Below, one piece after another: positions 47,597 to 56,057 of a stretch of DNA of 64,000 bases (positions within the stretch are counted from its first letter, which is position 1; every line of letters begins with the position of its first letter). A program made the position numbers and the translations under genes. The DNA is from Candidatus Gottesmanbacteria bacterium. Its GTDB lineage: Bacteria > Patescibacteriota > Microgenomatia > UBA10105 > UBA927. The stretch lies in assembly GCA_016214885.1 (NCBI GenBank), contig JACRMP010000037.1:7675-71674 (forward strand). Reading direction: 5' to 3'. The notes under the pieces were generated by a model. It saw nothing but the letters and a program-made list of their open reading frames with translations. It was not told the DNA's origin and made no database searches.

Positions 47597-49822
47597 ATGG
47601 ACAAAAACTTTGATCCGAAAACGACAGAAGAAGCAATTTACCGGATGTGGGAAACCGGCGGATTTTTTGCACCAAAAAAGGATAGCAACGGGTCCCCATT
47701 TAGCATTATCATGCCGCCGCCAAACGCGAATGATCCCCTCCATATAGGGCACGCGATGTTCATTACAATAGAGGACATTCTCATCCGCTATCACCGGATG
47801 AAAGGCGATCCCACTCTCTGGCTTCCGGGCACCGACCATGCCGGCATAGAAACCCAATTCGTTTTTGAGAAAAAGCTGGCTAAACAGGACAAAAGCCGGT
47901 TTAATTTTGACCGGGATACTCTATATAAAATGATTTGGGATTATGTACAGGAAAACTCCGGAGTGGCAGTAAACCAGATGAAAAAACTCGGAGCATCAGC
48001 CGACTGGAGTACATTCAAATTTACCCTCGATCCGGACATCGTACAAAGGGTGCTCGATACGTTTATCAAATTGCACCATGACCAGCTGATTTACCGTGGT
48101 CAAAAACTTATCAACTACTGCACCAAATGCGGAACCGGATATTCAGAGCTTGAGGTGGAGCACGTAGAGGAAACGACGAAGCTTTACTTTATTAAATACG
48201 GCCCGTTTGTACTTGCTACCACCCGACCGGAAACAAAGTTCGCCGACACAGCAGTTGCAGTACATCCCAAAGATAAACGGTATAAAAAGTATGTAGGCCA
48301 GGAAATAGAAGTCACCGGATTATTAGGCACCTTTAAACTGAAGGTTATCGCCGATGAGTACGTCGATCCCGAATTCGGCACAGGAGTTGTAAAAATTACC
48401 CCATACCATGACTTTAATGACTTTGACGTATGGCAGCGGCACCTTGATGAAATCCCCGCCCCCCAGCAGGTGATTGATAAACAAGGCAGACTTACGGCTC
48501 TTGCAGGCCCGTACGCAGGGATGAAAATTAAAGCCGCCCGGGAGCTGATTGAAAAACACCTCGACGAAAAGGGTTTACTGGCTAAACCCAGCGAAACCTA
48601 CTCCCACAATGTGGGAGTCTGTTACCGATGTAAAACCATTCTGGAGCCGCTTCCGCTTACCCAATTTTTTATCAAAACAAAGCCACTGGTCACAGGTGCA
48701 CTCAAAGCGCTGGATACCAAAGAAACTACGGTGATGGGGGCTGGTCAGGAAAAAATCCTCCGCCACTGGCTCAACAATATCCGTGACTGGAATATTAGCC
48801 GACAAATTGTGTGGGGAATACGGATACCTGTTTGGTATAACGTGAAGGGGCATGAGCATCAAATTACCGTCAGTTTTCTTGATAAGGAAAAAACGCAAAA
48901 ACACGGTGCGCTTTCGCAGTGGGTCAGTGAATTTGGGCTTGATCACATTAAAAATAATCTTCAGCAGATAGATGTCGGCACGTGGGCGGACGGGGGCGCA
49001 CCCTGGGTGGTGAGTGTGGATGAACCTAAAGCAGACGGACTATGGATCCAAGAAACCGACACCTTTGATACATGGTTTTCGTCCGGTCAGTGGCCAGTTG
49101 TCACACTTCAGGCCAATGGAAAATCCGCCTTTGACATGTTCTACCCCACCTCGGTTATGGAAACAGGCTATGATATTCTCCCCATCTGGGTCATGCGCAT
49201 GATGCTTCTTGGTATTTATGTTACGGGGAAATCACCGTTTGGGGTCGTTTATCTTCATGGACTCGTCCGTGACGAAAAAGGCCAAAAAATGAGCAAATCA
49301 AAAGGAAACGTTATAAACCCGCTCGATATGGTCGATAAATACGGCGCTGATGCTATACGTATCGCCCTGGTTATGAGCTCAACACCGGGTCAGGATAAAG
49401 CGGTTGGTGAAAGCACCATCCGCGGTATGCGTAATTTTTCCAATAAAATCTGGAATGCCGCCCGGTATGTGTATCTGGAGAGGCAGAATAACACCTCAGT
49501 TACTGACAAACCCGGTAATGAAGATGCACACTTTCTTATAAAACTCAATGAAGTTCATGAAAGTGTTACCCAATTATTGGATTCATTTAGGATAGGGCTG
49601 GCTGCAGAAACCACACACAATGAATTCTGGCATTGGTACTGTGACGTAGCTATAGAACAACGGAAAAAAGGAGAAATCTCGCTAGCTGCACTCGAAAAAG
49701 GGCTTACGGTATTTTTGACCCTCCTCCACCCGTTTATGCCGTTTGTGACCGAAGAAATCTGGGGGAAGTTAACAGAAAAACAAAATTCTCCTCTCATTAC
49801 TGCACCCTGGAAGACCTCATAA
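47597..49822 (+). CDS. valS: valyl-tRNA synthetase (short form lacking C-terminal coiled coil)
   Basis: HIGH region PLHIGHAM and KMSKSKGN. 741 aa. Confidence 0.9.
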   Translation: MDKNFDPKTTEEAIYRMWETGGFFAPKKDSNGSPFSIIMPPPNANDPLHIGHAMFITIEDILIRYHRMKGDPTLWLPGTDHAGIETQFVFEKKLAKQDKSRFNFDRDTLYKMIWDYVQENSGVAVNQMKKLGASADWSTFKFTLDPDIVQRVLDTFIKLHHDQLIYRGQKLINYCTKCGTGYSELEVEHVEETTKLYFIKYGPFVLATTRPETKFADTAVAVHPKDKRYKKYVGQEIEVTGLLGTFKLKVIADEYVDPEFGTGVVKITPYHDFNDFDVWQRHLDEIPAPQQVIDKQGRLTALAGPYAGMKIKAARELIEKHLDEKGLLAKPSETYSHNVGVCYRCKTILEPLPLTQFFIKTKPLVTGALKALDTKETTVMGAGQEKILRHWLNNIRDWNISRQIVWGIRIPVWYNVKGHEHQITVSFLDKEKTQKHGALSQWVSEFGLDHIKNNLQQIDVGTWADGGAPWVVSVDEPKADGLWIQETDTFDTWFSSGQWPVVTLQANGKSAFDMFYPTSVMETGYDILPIWVMRMMLLGIYVTGKSPFGVVYLHGLVRDEKGQKMSKSKGNVINPLDMVDKYGADAIRIALVMSSTPGQDKAVGESTIRGMRNFSNKIWNAARYVYLERQNNTSVTDKPGNEDAHFLIKLNEVHESVTQLLDSFRIGLAAETTHNEFWHWYCDVAIEQRKKGEISLAALEKGLTVFLTLLHPFMPFVTEEIWGKLTEKQNSPLITAPWKTS

Positions 49823-49830
49823 CAAGCTGC

Positions 49831-50805
49831 TTAAAAAGCTGATCGCGTCGCAGAAGGAGTGGCAGCGGGCAAGCTAATTGTTGGTGTGGGAACGCCAACT
49901 GCTGCACCCTTAAACGAACCGATAATCTCATTAAAAAGCGCATCGTCCGTACTGAAATTCGTAATAATTCCTGCAGGCGAAAAATGATTAAATTCAATAG
50001 CAAGCGTTTCAGAAACAGGCATTAAAACACCCCGGATAGCTGTGAATGTATATCCTCCGCCGGTGCGACCGGTAAAATTTCCGCTATATTCATAGGCATA
50101 GGTACTTCCAAACACTACCTGCTTCATCGTGAACTCACGCCCGGATGCATCGGTTAAAATTGCGCCCCGGAAGTCCGGCAACAATTGTCCCTTTCCTCGG
50201 GGTGCAACCGTAAACCGGGTGCCGCCGGGTAAATTTGTCCCCTGCGAAGAACAACCCGAACTATCGCAGGTGGGCGCCTTCACGGTTCCCGGAAGCTGAT
50301 AAGAGACACCGGGAATCGCTTTTTTGGTAGCTCCGCTTATTATCTCCATTGTTTGCCATTGGGCAACCCCCGGGGTACCTGAAACGCTTGCTGAGGGGGC
50401 TGTCACACTCTCGCCAACAGGCGTAGGATATGACGTGGGCACCACTACCTCATCACTGGGGAGAGGCGCAAAAAATGACCTGATTTGGCTGCTTAACCAA
50501 ATGCCCAATCCAAACAAAAGCACGACAAAAAGTAGGGTGCCGATATGCCGCGTTCCCTTTTTGGAACGGTTAGAGGCAGCGGGATGCTCCGGTATTGTTG
50601 TTTTTGGAGGTGCTGCCACCGTGGAGTCCTTCTCATTAAACAGCCGTGTGGCTTCAGGAATGACGGACTCACGATCATCGTTTTCAGGGCTAAATGCCCG
50701 TGGGTTCGTCGGAACACTGTCTTCAGCAACAGGCTCCAAAATAGGCGTTTCTTCGTAATTGAGCGACGGTTTTTTCTGCAGATCCTGATTAGGAGACTCG
50801 TCCAT
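49831..50805 (-). CDS. hypothetical membrane-anchored extracytoplasmic protein
   Basis: Low-complexity N-terminus, one TM helix (LLFVVLLFGLGIWL), and a Pro/Thr/Ser-rich exterior domain. Confidence 0.5.
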   Translation of the reverse strand: MDESPNQDLQKKPSLNYEETPILEPVAEDSVPTNPRAFSPENDDRESVIPEATRLFNEKDSTVAAPPKTTIPEHPAASNRSKKGTRHIGTLLFVVLLFGLGIWLSSQIRSFFAPLPSDEVVVPTSYPTPVGESVTAPSASVSGTPGVAQWQTMEIISGATKKAIPGVSYQLPGTVKAPTCDSSGCSSQGTNLPGGTRFTVAPRGKGQLLPDFRGAILTDASGREFTMKQVVFGSTYAYEYSGNFTGRTGGGYTFTAIRGVLMPVSETLAIEFNHFSPAGIITNFSTDDALFNEIIGSFKGAAVGVPTPTISLPAATPSATRSAF

Positions 50806-50825
50806 ACCACTTTATTGTACCCTCA

Positions 50826-52025
50826 TTACTTTCTTACAAACAAGATGGCATTCGGTATATTTCTCCCGGGTCCGACTTTATAGCCCCCGCTCCATAAAGC
50901 GGTTGACCCTCCGCTATCCAGGTTAAGGGCATTATCAAATCCCATTGCCTTAAGGACAAATGCCACTTCCGCAACCGACGCGTTATGGACTACCCCAATA
51001 TAGGCAATTGTCCCTTTATTCCCCACGAAACTTCTGCTTCCTTTGGATCCTTTTTTCGGATCACTGTCCCCCCCAAAATTATTATTTCCTCCTGACACCA
51101 GAAGCGGCTGCATAGCAAGCACCCCGTCAGGACCGGTATCCCTTCCCCAATCCATAGATCTGCCTACAAACCGCATGGAGCCCTGCAAAAATATGACTGC
51201 AGGCACGGTGCTGTACACATTGTTTTCTGAATTAAAATACACTTTGTTTTTATTCATAAGCAGCGTATCAAATGAATTTTTCTTATCAGCACAACTCGGA
51301 TAATCAGCAGGACAAAAATACGATCCGTTAATCCCGGCGTATGCCCCGCTTCTCCCCACATAGTCCGCCAAGGACAGTGCCGGACAATCCCTCGCACAGG
51401 TGCTGTCAGAGGCTGTGTCTACGATAATGCGCGTTGAGCCCATGTCTCCCGCCACAATATCTACAAGATATGTACCGATATCAGTTTTTACCGATTGCCT
51501 GCTAAATCCCCCGGAAGGCAGAGCGTTATTTTCCGGTACGTTCACCGGGATTACAAAGCTAGCGGCAATTTTTTCTTTCGCCGCGACAATATCTTTATTG
51601 AGAAGTGCCAGCTGTGAAGACGCAGTCGCCCAACTGCGCTGTGACAGCGTATGTAATGAGTCGGCCAAACGCTCTTCCAGCTTACCCGTATCACGGGTAA
51701 GTCCCCGCAGCTCTATAAGCGATTCATAGGTATTCACTGCCTGCTGATAGGTTGTCTGGATATTCTTAATTTCTAACGCAAGGGCATCATTCCGGACAAA
51801 CTGATCCTCATTTTTAATAGCCTGTAATTCTGACAGAAGCCGGTTGATTTCGACCTCTGTCTGCGTTTTCTGCACACGGAGCATGGCGCTTTGTCCCTGA
51901 AATACCCAAGTGGCAAATAGTGAAGCGCCCACGATAACGGCGATAAAAACAGAGAAAATAACAGCAGATGTAGAGACATGCCATCGAAACATCGGGGTCA
52001 GCCGCGGCGGCAAGCGTAACTTCAT
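50826..52025 (-). CDS. membrane-anchored phosphodiester glycosidase-family (DUF2233/NAGPA-like) protein
   Basis: N-terminal TM plus coiled coil, with a C-terminal GINGSYF...DSGGSTALW signature. Confidence 0.55.
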   Translation of the reverse strand: MKLRLPPRLTPMFRWHVSTSAVIFSVFIAVIVGASLFATWVFQGQSAMLRVQKTQTEVEINRLLSELQAIKNEDQFVRNDALALEIKNIQTTYQQAVNTYESLIELRGLTRDTGKLEERLADSLHTLSQRSWATASSQLALLNKDIVAAKEKIAASFVIPVNVPENNALPSGGFSRQSVKTDIGTYLVDIVAGDMGSTRIIVDTASDSTCARDCPALSLADYVGRSGAYAGINGSYFCPADYPSCADKKNSFDTLLMNKNKVYFNSENNVYSTVPAVIFLQGSMRFVGRSMDWGRDTGPDGVLAMQPLLVSGGNNNFGGDSDPKKGSKGSRSFVGNKGTIAYIGVVHNASVAEVAFVLKAMGFDNALNLDSGGSTALWSGGYKVGPGRNIPNAILFVRK

Positions 52026-52078
52026 GGGTTAAGTGTAATACAATTTACGCGGGGAACACAATTAAAATCAGGCACCAC

Positions 52079-52642
52079 TTATCCGCGCTCAAGATAAGAA
52101 CCGGTTTCAGGATCAATACCGATAACATCACCCTCTTTGATAAATAAGGGGACGGTGATAACCGCTCCCGTTTCAACAACAACCGTTTTCGTAGCACCCG
52201 TTGCTGTATTTCCCTTGGCCCCGTCGTCCGCCTCTGTCACTTTAAGCCAAACTTTTTTAGGGAATCTCACTCCCACAGCATCATCACCAAACACCAACAC
52301 CTGATAGGTGTCATTTGGTTTAAGGTATTTAATGAAATCAGCCAAAAGACTTTCGGCGATGTTGTACTGCTCGTAACTGAAATTATCCATAAAAACGTAG
52401 GAGTCTCCCTCTTTATATAAATATTGCATCTCTCTCGTATTTATAGGGAGTTCTTCCACTGATTCCCCGGATTTATAGGTGAATTCAATGACCTTGCCGC
52501 TTTTAAGGCTTTTCAGCTTTGCCCGAACAAATGCGCTTCCCTTGCCTGGATTTACAAATTGAAAATCCAAAATCTGGTTCGGCTCACTGCGGAATTCTAT
52601 AAAGTTGCCTTTTTTAAATTGTGCGGTGGTAATTTTTGCCAT
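52079..52642 (-). CDS. efp: elongation factor P
   Basis: MAKITTAQFKKGN...NPGKGSAFVRAKLK, with the conserved modifiable Lys in the PGKG loop. Confidence 0.9.
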   Translation of the reverse strand: MAKITTAQFKKGNFIEFRSEPNQILDFQFVNPGKGSAFVRAKLKSLKSGKVIEFTYKSGESVEELPINTREMQYLYKEGDSYVFMDNFSYEQYNIAESLLADFIKYLKPNDTYQVLVFGDDAVGVRFPKKVWLKVTEADDGAKGNTATGATKTVVVETGAVITVPLFIKEGDVIGIDPETGSYLERG

Positions 52643-52710
52643 AGGTTAAAAAATAAAAATCCCCCGTTGGGATGTGCCCATATTATCCCATAAACCGCCG
52701 CTTGAGGCAA

Positions 52711-53778
52711 TTATGCTCCGGTCTCAAACATTTCTTCGACGGGGAAAAATAATGTGTCCTGAATGCTCGGCGCATCCGCGAATAACATGACAAGCCGGTC
52801 AACACCAACGGCAATGCCGCTGCAGTCGGGTAACCCCACTTTCAGCGCTTCTATAAAATCATGATCATAATCATAGGTTGTTTTTCCGGTGCGTCTAATT
52901 TCTTTTAGTTCATCTTCAAACCTCGTTTGTTGCTCTTTCCAATCGGTAAGCTCACTGTAACAATCCCCCAGCTCAAGCCCCGAAATATAAAACTCGAAGC
53001 GTTCGGCAAACCGGGGGTCGCTAGCCTTTCTTCTCGCGAGTGCTGCCATGCTCCCCGGAAACTCATAGAGAATAGTCGGCCTCCCGCGACCCAAATGAGG
53101 TTCCACTTCGTTAAGAAAAATCTGGTTATATAACTCCTCCCATGTACTCTCTGGTGTTACCGTATACCCCTTCGCCATGGCTATCTTACCCGCATTTTCC
53201 CTATCGAGAAATTCTACAAAATCAGTACCTGCCCATTTGGCAAACGCTTCCGCCATGGTTAACCGCTCCCAGGCTGATTGAATGTCGACGCTTCTCCCCT
53301 GATATACGAGCGCATCCGACACCCCTGCTTTCTTTTCTTCAGACACCTGAATCTCATGATGAATAAAACGGATAAGTGCTTCACAATCGCTCATAATCTC
53401 CTTGTAATCCACGCCCACCCGGTACCACTCCAAAATCGTGAACTCGGGGTTATGGGTTTTGCTCTGTGTTTCCATATTGCGGAAACTCTTGGTTAAGGCA
53501 TAACAATTACCCAAGCCCGCTGTCATAAGTTTTTTGAGAGGCACTTCCGGCGATGTAGAAAGATAGCCTGGTTTTGCCTTCCTGTTCCGGTCCAAAAGCT
53601 TGGTTTCAAATACATCCAGATAGCTTTCGGCAGGAGGGTTGGCGATTAAAAGCGGCGTTTCCACCTCATGAAACTGGTGCGTATCAAAAAACGTTCGTAT
53701 TGCCCTCAACACCTTCTCACGGATGAAGTAGCGGTCCCAAAGTTCAGGGTTACGATAAAGTTTTTGCCAGGTTTTCAT
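52711..53778 (-). CDS. epmA: EF-P beta-lysine ligase EpmA (PoxA/GenX; LysRS-class II paralog)
   Basis: HEVETP, RSFRNME...HNPEFTILEWYR, RFEFYISGLELGD and LIEALKVGLPDCSGIAVGVDRLVML align with E. coli EpmA motifs. Lies adjacent to efp. Confidence 0.75.
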   Translation of the reverse strand: MKTWQKLYRNPELWDRYFIREKVLRAIRTFFDTHQFHEVETPLLIANPPAESYLDVFETKLLDRNRKAKPGYLSTSPEVPLKKLMTAGLGNCYALTKSFRNMETQSKTHNPEFTILEWYRVGVDYKEIMSDCEALIRFIHHEIQVSEEKKAGVSDALVYQGRSVDIQSAWERLTMAEAFAKWAGTDFVEFLDRENAGKIAMAKGYTVTPESTWEELYNQIFLNEVEPHLGRGRPTILYEFPGSMAALARRKASDPRFAERFEFYISGLELGDCYSELTDWKEQQTRFEDELKEIRRTGKTTYDYDHDFIEALKVGLPDCSGIAVGVDRLVMLFADAPSIQDTLFFPVEEMFETGA

Positions 53779-53830
53779 AGTACATACACTATTTTCTAGT
53801 TAAAAAAACGACATACAGAATACCCACCGC

Positions 53831-54085
53831 TTACTTTCGCCGGCGGAGAGATCTTTTGGAAGATGTGGTAAATACTTTTGCCACAAACATGAGGTAAACA
53901 AACTCAACTAATCCTGCGGTGTGTACAAATAGAAAAAAAATAAACCATCCCCTATCATTTCTTCTGGCAGCATGCCAAAGCGATAAACCAGCCCAAACCA
54001 AAGACCAAACAGTGAGAATCTCTAAGCCTACCCTCCATACATGAGGCAAATCACCTTGAGGGTTACCCAAATACCAGGGCATCAT
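53831..54085 (-). CDS. small membrane protein
   Basis: 84 aa with two TM helices. Confidence 0.35.
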   Translation of the reverse strand: MMPWYLGNPQGDLPHVWRVGLEILTVWSLVWAGLSLWHAARRNDRGWFIFFLFVHTAGLVEFVYLMFVAKVFTTSSKRSLRRRK

Positions 54086-54086
54086 A

Positions 54087-54767
54087 TTAGAGGAACTTCA
54101 TGACTTTGGATTTCTGACGGAGTTCCATAAACCATGGCTGTAGCTGTTCGCTCACCTGGTTACTTATAATAGCGCGCTTTGCCTCTTCCCTCAGCTGCGC
54201 GGGCTCTGTTGCCGTAAGCGTAGCTCCGCTTGTTGCTATATAATTATCAATGTCGCCATCGGTAATCACAAGATTCTTTGTAAGTAACCGCTCCACGGTA
54301 AGTTGAATTATCAGCTGTTGGTTGAAGTCAGATTCGGAAAGCCCCTGAAACTTAAGAAAATCCTCAAGGCTTACTTCGGTTCCCAGGCTGGAAAGTATTT
54401 CCTTTTGTTTGACGGCAATATCTTCTGCAGACACCTCGACTCCTGTCTTTCTCGCTTCTTTCTGGATTAGTGTCTCACCAATCATCCCCTCAAGCGTCTG
54501 CTGTCCATACCGCGTCCGCAATGTTGCGTTAAGCTGCCATGAAAAAATTGGCTGGCCATCTACAACAGCCGCTACAACCCAACCCTTGTTAACTGCGACA
54601 AGAACCAAAAAGAGGACAAAAAGTCCGCCAAGAATCCAACGCCAAGGGAAACTCCCCTTTACAGAAGGTGTTGACACCTGAGATTCATAAGAAGGAGGAA
54701 CGGCAACGACACTCTTTTTGTTTTGTGCTTTCTTTGTCATATCTATGGAGAATACCATAGTATTCAT
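54087..54767 (-). CDS. SurA N-terminal-domain-like chaperone protein, membrane-anchored
   Basis: N-terminal TM and helical SurA_N-like repeats. No parvulin PPIase domain is evident. Confidence 0.45.
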   Translation of the reverse strand: MNTMVFSIDMTKKAQNKKSVVAVPPSYESQVSTPSVKGSFPWRWILGGLFVLFLVLVAVNKGWVVAAVVDGQPIFSWQLNATLRTRYGQQTLEGMIGETLIQKEARKTGVEVSAEDIAVKQKEILSSLGTEVSLEDFLKFQGLSESDFNQQLIIQLTVERLLTKNLVITDGDIDNYIATSGATLTATEPAQLREEAKRAIISNQVSEQLQPWFMELRQKSKVMKFL

Positions 54768-54844
54768 GGCTCTTCAAGAAGAAACGCTGTTATCATTTGT
54801 ATACCTGATTTGATACATGTTGTGCTACACTACATGATAATCCC

Positions 54845-55342
54845 ATGACGAAACGGACCCCCCCAATTGAGACATCTCCGCCAGCGACGGCAGCCCCTGA
54901 GGAAAAGGGTTTATTCCCGCACTATACCCGATTATTCTCCGCAAGCCGATTTAGCCCGGTGATCAAGCTTGGCGGCAGACTCCTGTTATGGATAGTGCTT
55001 ATTGCCGGAATTGGCATAAATATAGCTGCCCTTCACCGTAACCCCGAAAATGTCCCGGCTTGGACAACCTTTGTTTCACGCGCGGCCGATGTTTTGGGAA
55101 CTACCGACTCAACGAATACGGACTCTGGGTCAAATACCAAAACCAATGAAGCAGAATATTCATTCTGGATCGAAGTAATAAACTCACATCCGGACTACCG
55201 GGATGCCCACGTTAACGCGGCAATACTTGCCTTTAAACTTGGACTGTTAAATGAAGCACGGTCTCACACCAATAAGGTAAAAGAACTAGACCCCAACTAT
55301 CCGGGAGTTATGCAACTGGAAGATTTACTGAGCAAAAACTAA
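54845..55342 (+). CDS. hypothetical membrane protein with TPR-like C-terminus
   Basis: 165 aa with one TM helix. Confidence 0.4.
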   Translation: MTKRTPPIETSPPATAAPEEKGLFPHYTRLFSASRFSPVIKLGGRLLLWIVLIAGIGINIAALHRNPENVPAWTTFVSRAADVLGTTDSTNTDSGSNTKTNEAEYSFWIEVINSHPDYRDAHVNAAILAFKLGLLNEARSHTNKVKELDPNYPGVMQLEDLLSKN

Positions 55343-55346
55343 ACAG

Positions 55347-56057
55347 TTATTTGCCTTCTGCCTTTTTCTCTTCATCAGGCTTCTTTTCAGTACCCGCTGC
55401 ATCAGGCGCTGATTCTACACCAGGAGTCGCTGCTTCTGCCCCCTCAGCTGAGGCTGCTTCTGCTACTGCGGCATCTGCGGCAGCCTGCTCCTCGGCAGCT
55501 TTACTAACAAGCTCGCCTACGCGCACGACAATAACGGCAAGATCAGTCAAAATAGTTACTGCAGACGGTACGTTAATATCCGAAACCTTTAATTCCTGGC
55601 CAACTTCTGCCAATCCACTCACATCAACATCAAGCTTCTCGGGCAAATCAGTTGGAAGTGCTTCAACCTCAACTTCAGAAAGAAGTGATAATACAACTCC
55701 GATTTTTTGAGCAACTGCAGGAGCTTCGCCGGTTACTACCAGTGGTACATTTGCGTGAACCTTTTCCTTAAGATCAACCTGATGAAACTCTACGTGCAGA
55801 ATAGAATCCTTTACCGGGTCTTTTTGTACATGATGAATTAGCACAGGTTTCATTCCGCCATCAATCACAAGCTCAACAAGGCCGGTCTCATGCGCTTCTC
55901 CATACACCTTTATGAAATCAGAAAGCTTAAGTGAGAGACTTTCGCTTGTTACTTTTTTTCCGTAAACCGTAGCGGGAATAAGACCTTCCCTGCGGAGACT
56001 GTCCGGTTTAATTTTTTTGACGTCCCGTTTTGAGCCCTGAAGGGTATGTTTTTTCAT
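55347..56057 (-). CDS. rplY: 50S ribosomal protein L25 / general stress protein Ctc, with Ala/Glu-rich C-terminal tail
   Basis: RREGLIPATVYGK signature and a beta-barrel domain. Confidence 0.8.
   Translation of the reverse strand: MKKHTLQGSKRDVKKIKPDSLRREGLIPATVYGKKVTSESLSLKLSDFIKVYGEAHETGLVELVIDGGMKPVLIHHVQKDPVKDSILHVEFHQVDLKEKVHANVPLVVTGEAPAVAQKIGVVLSLLSEVEVEALPTDLPEKLDVDVSGLAEVGQELKVSDINVPSAVTILTDLAVIVVRVGELVSKAAEEQAAADAAVAEAASAEGAEAATPGVESAPDAAGTEKKPDEEKKAEGK

Noticed and set aside
47543-47857. 104-aa minus-strand ORF
   Set aside because: It is antisense to the conserved HIGH-motif region of valS and overlaps the putative T-box.
47597-49822. Possibility that valS (741 aa) is a truncated pseudogene
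   Set aside because: Both class-I motifs, the editing region and the anticodon-binding region appear intact. Short ValRS lacking the C-terminal coiled coil is plausible in reduced genomes.
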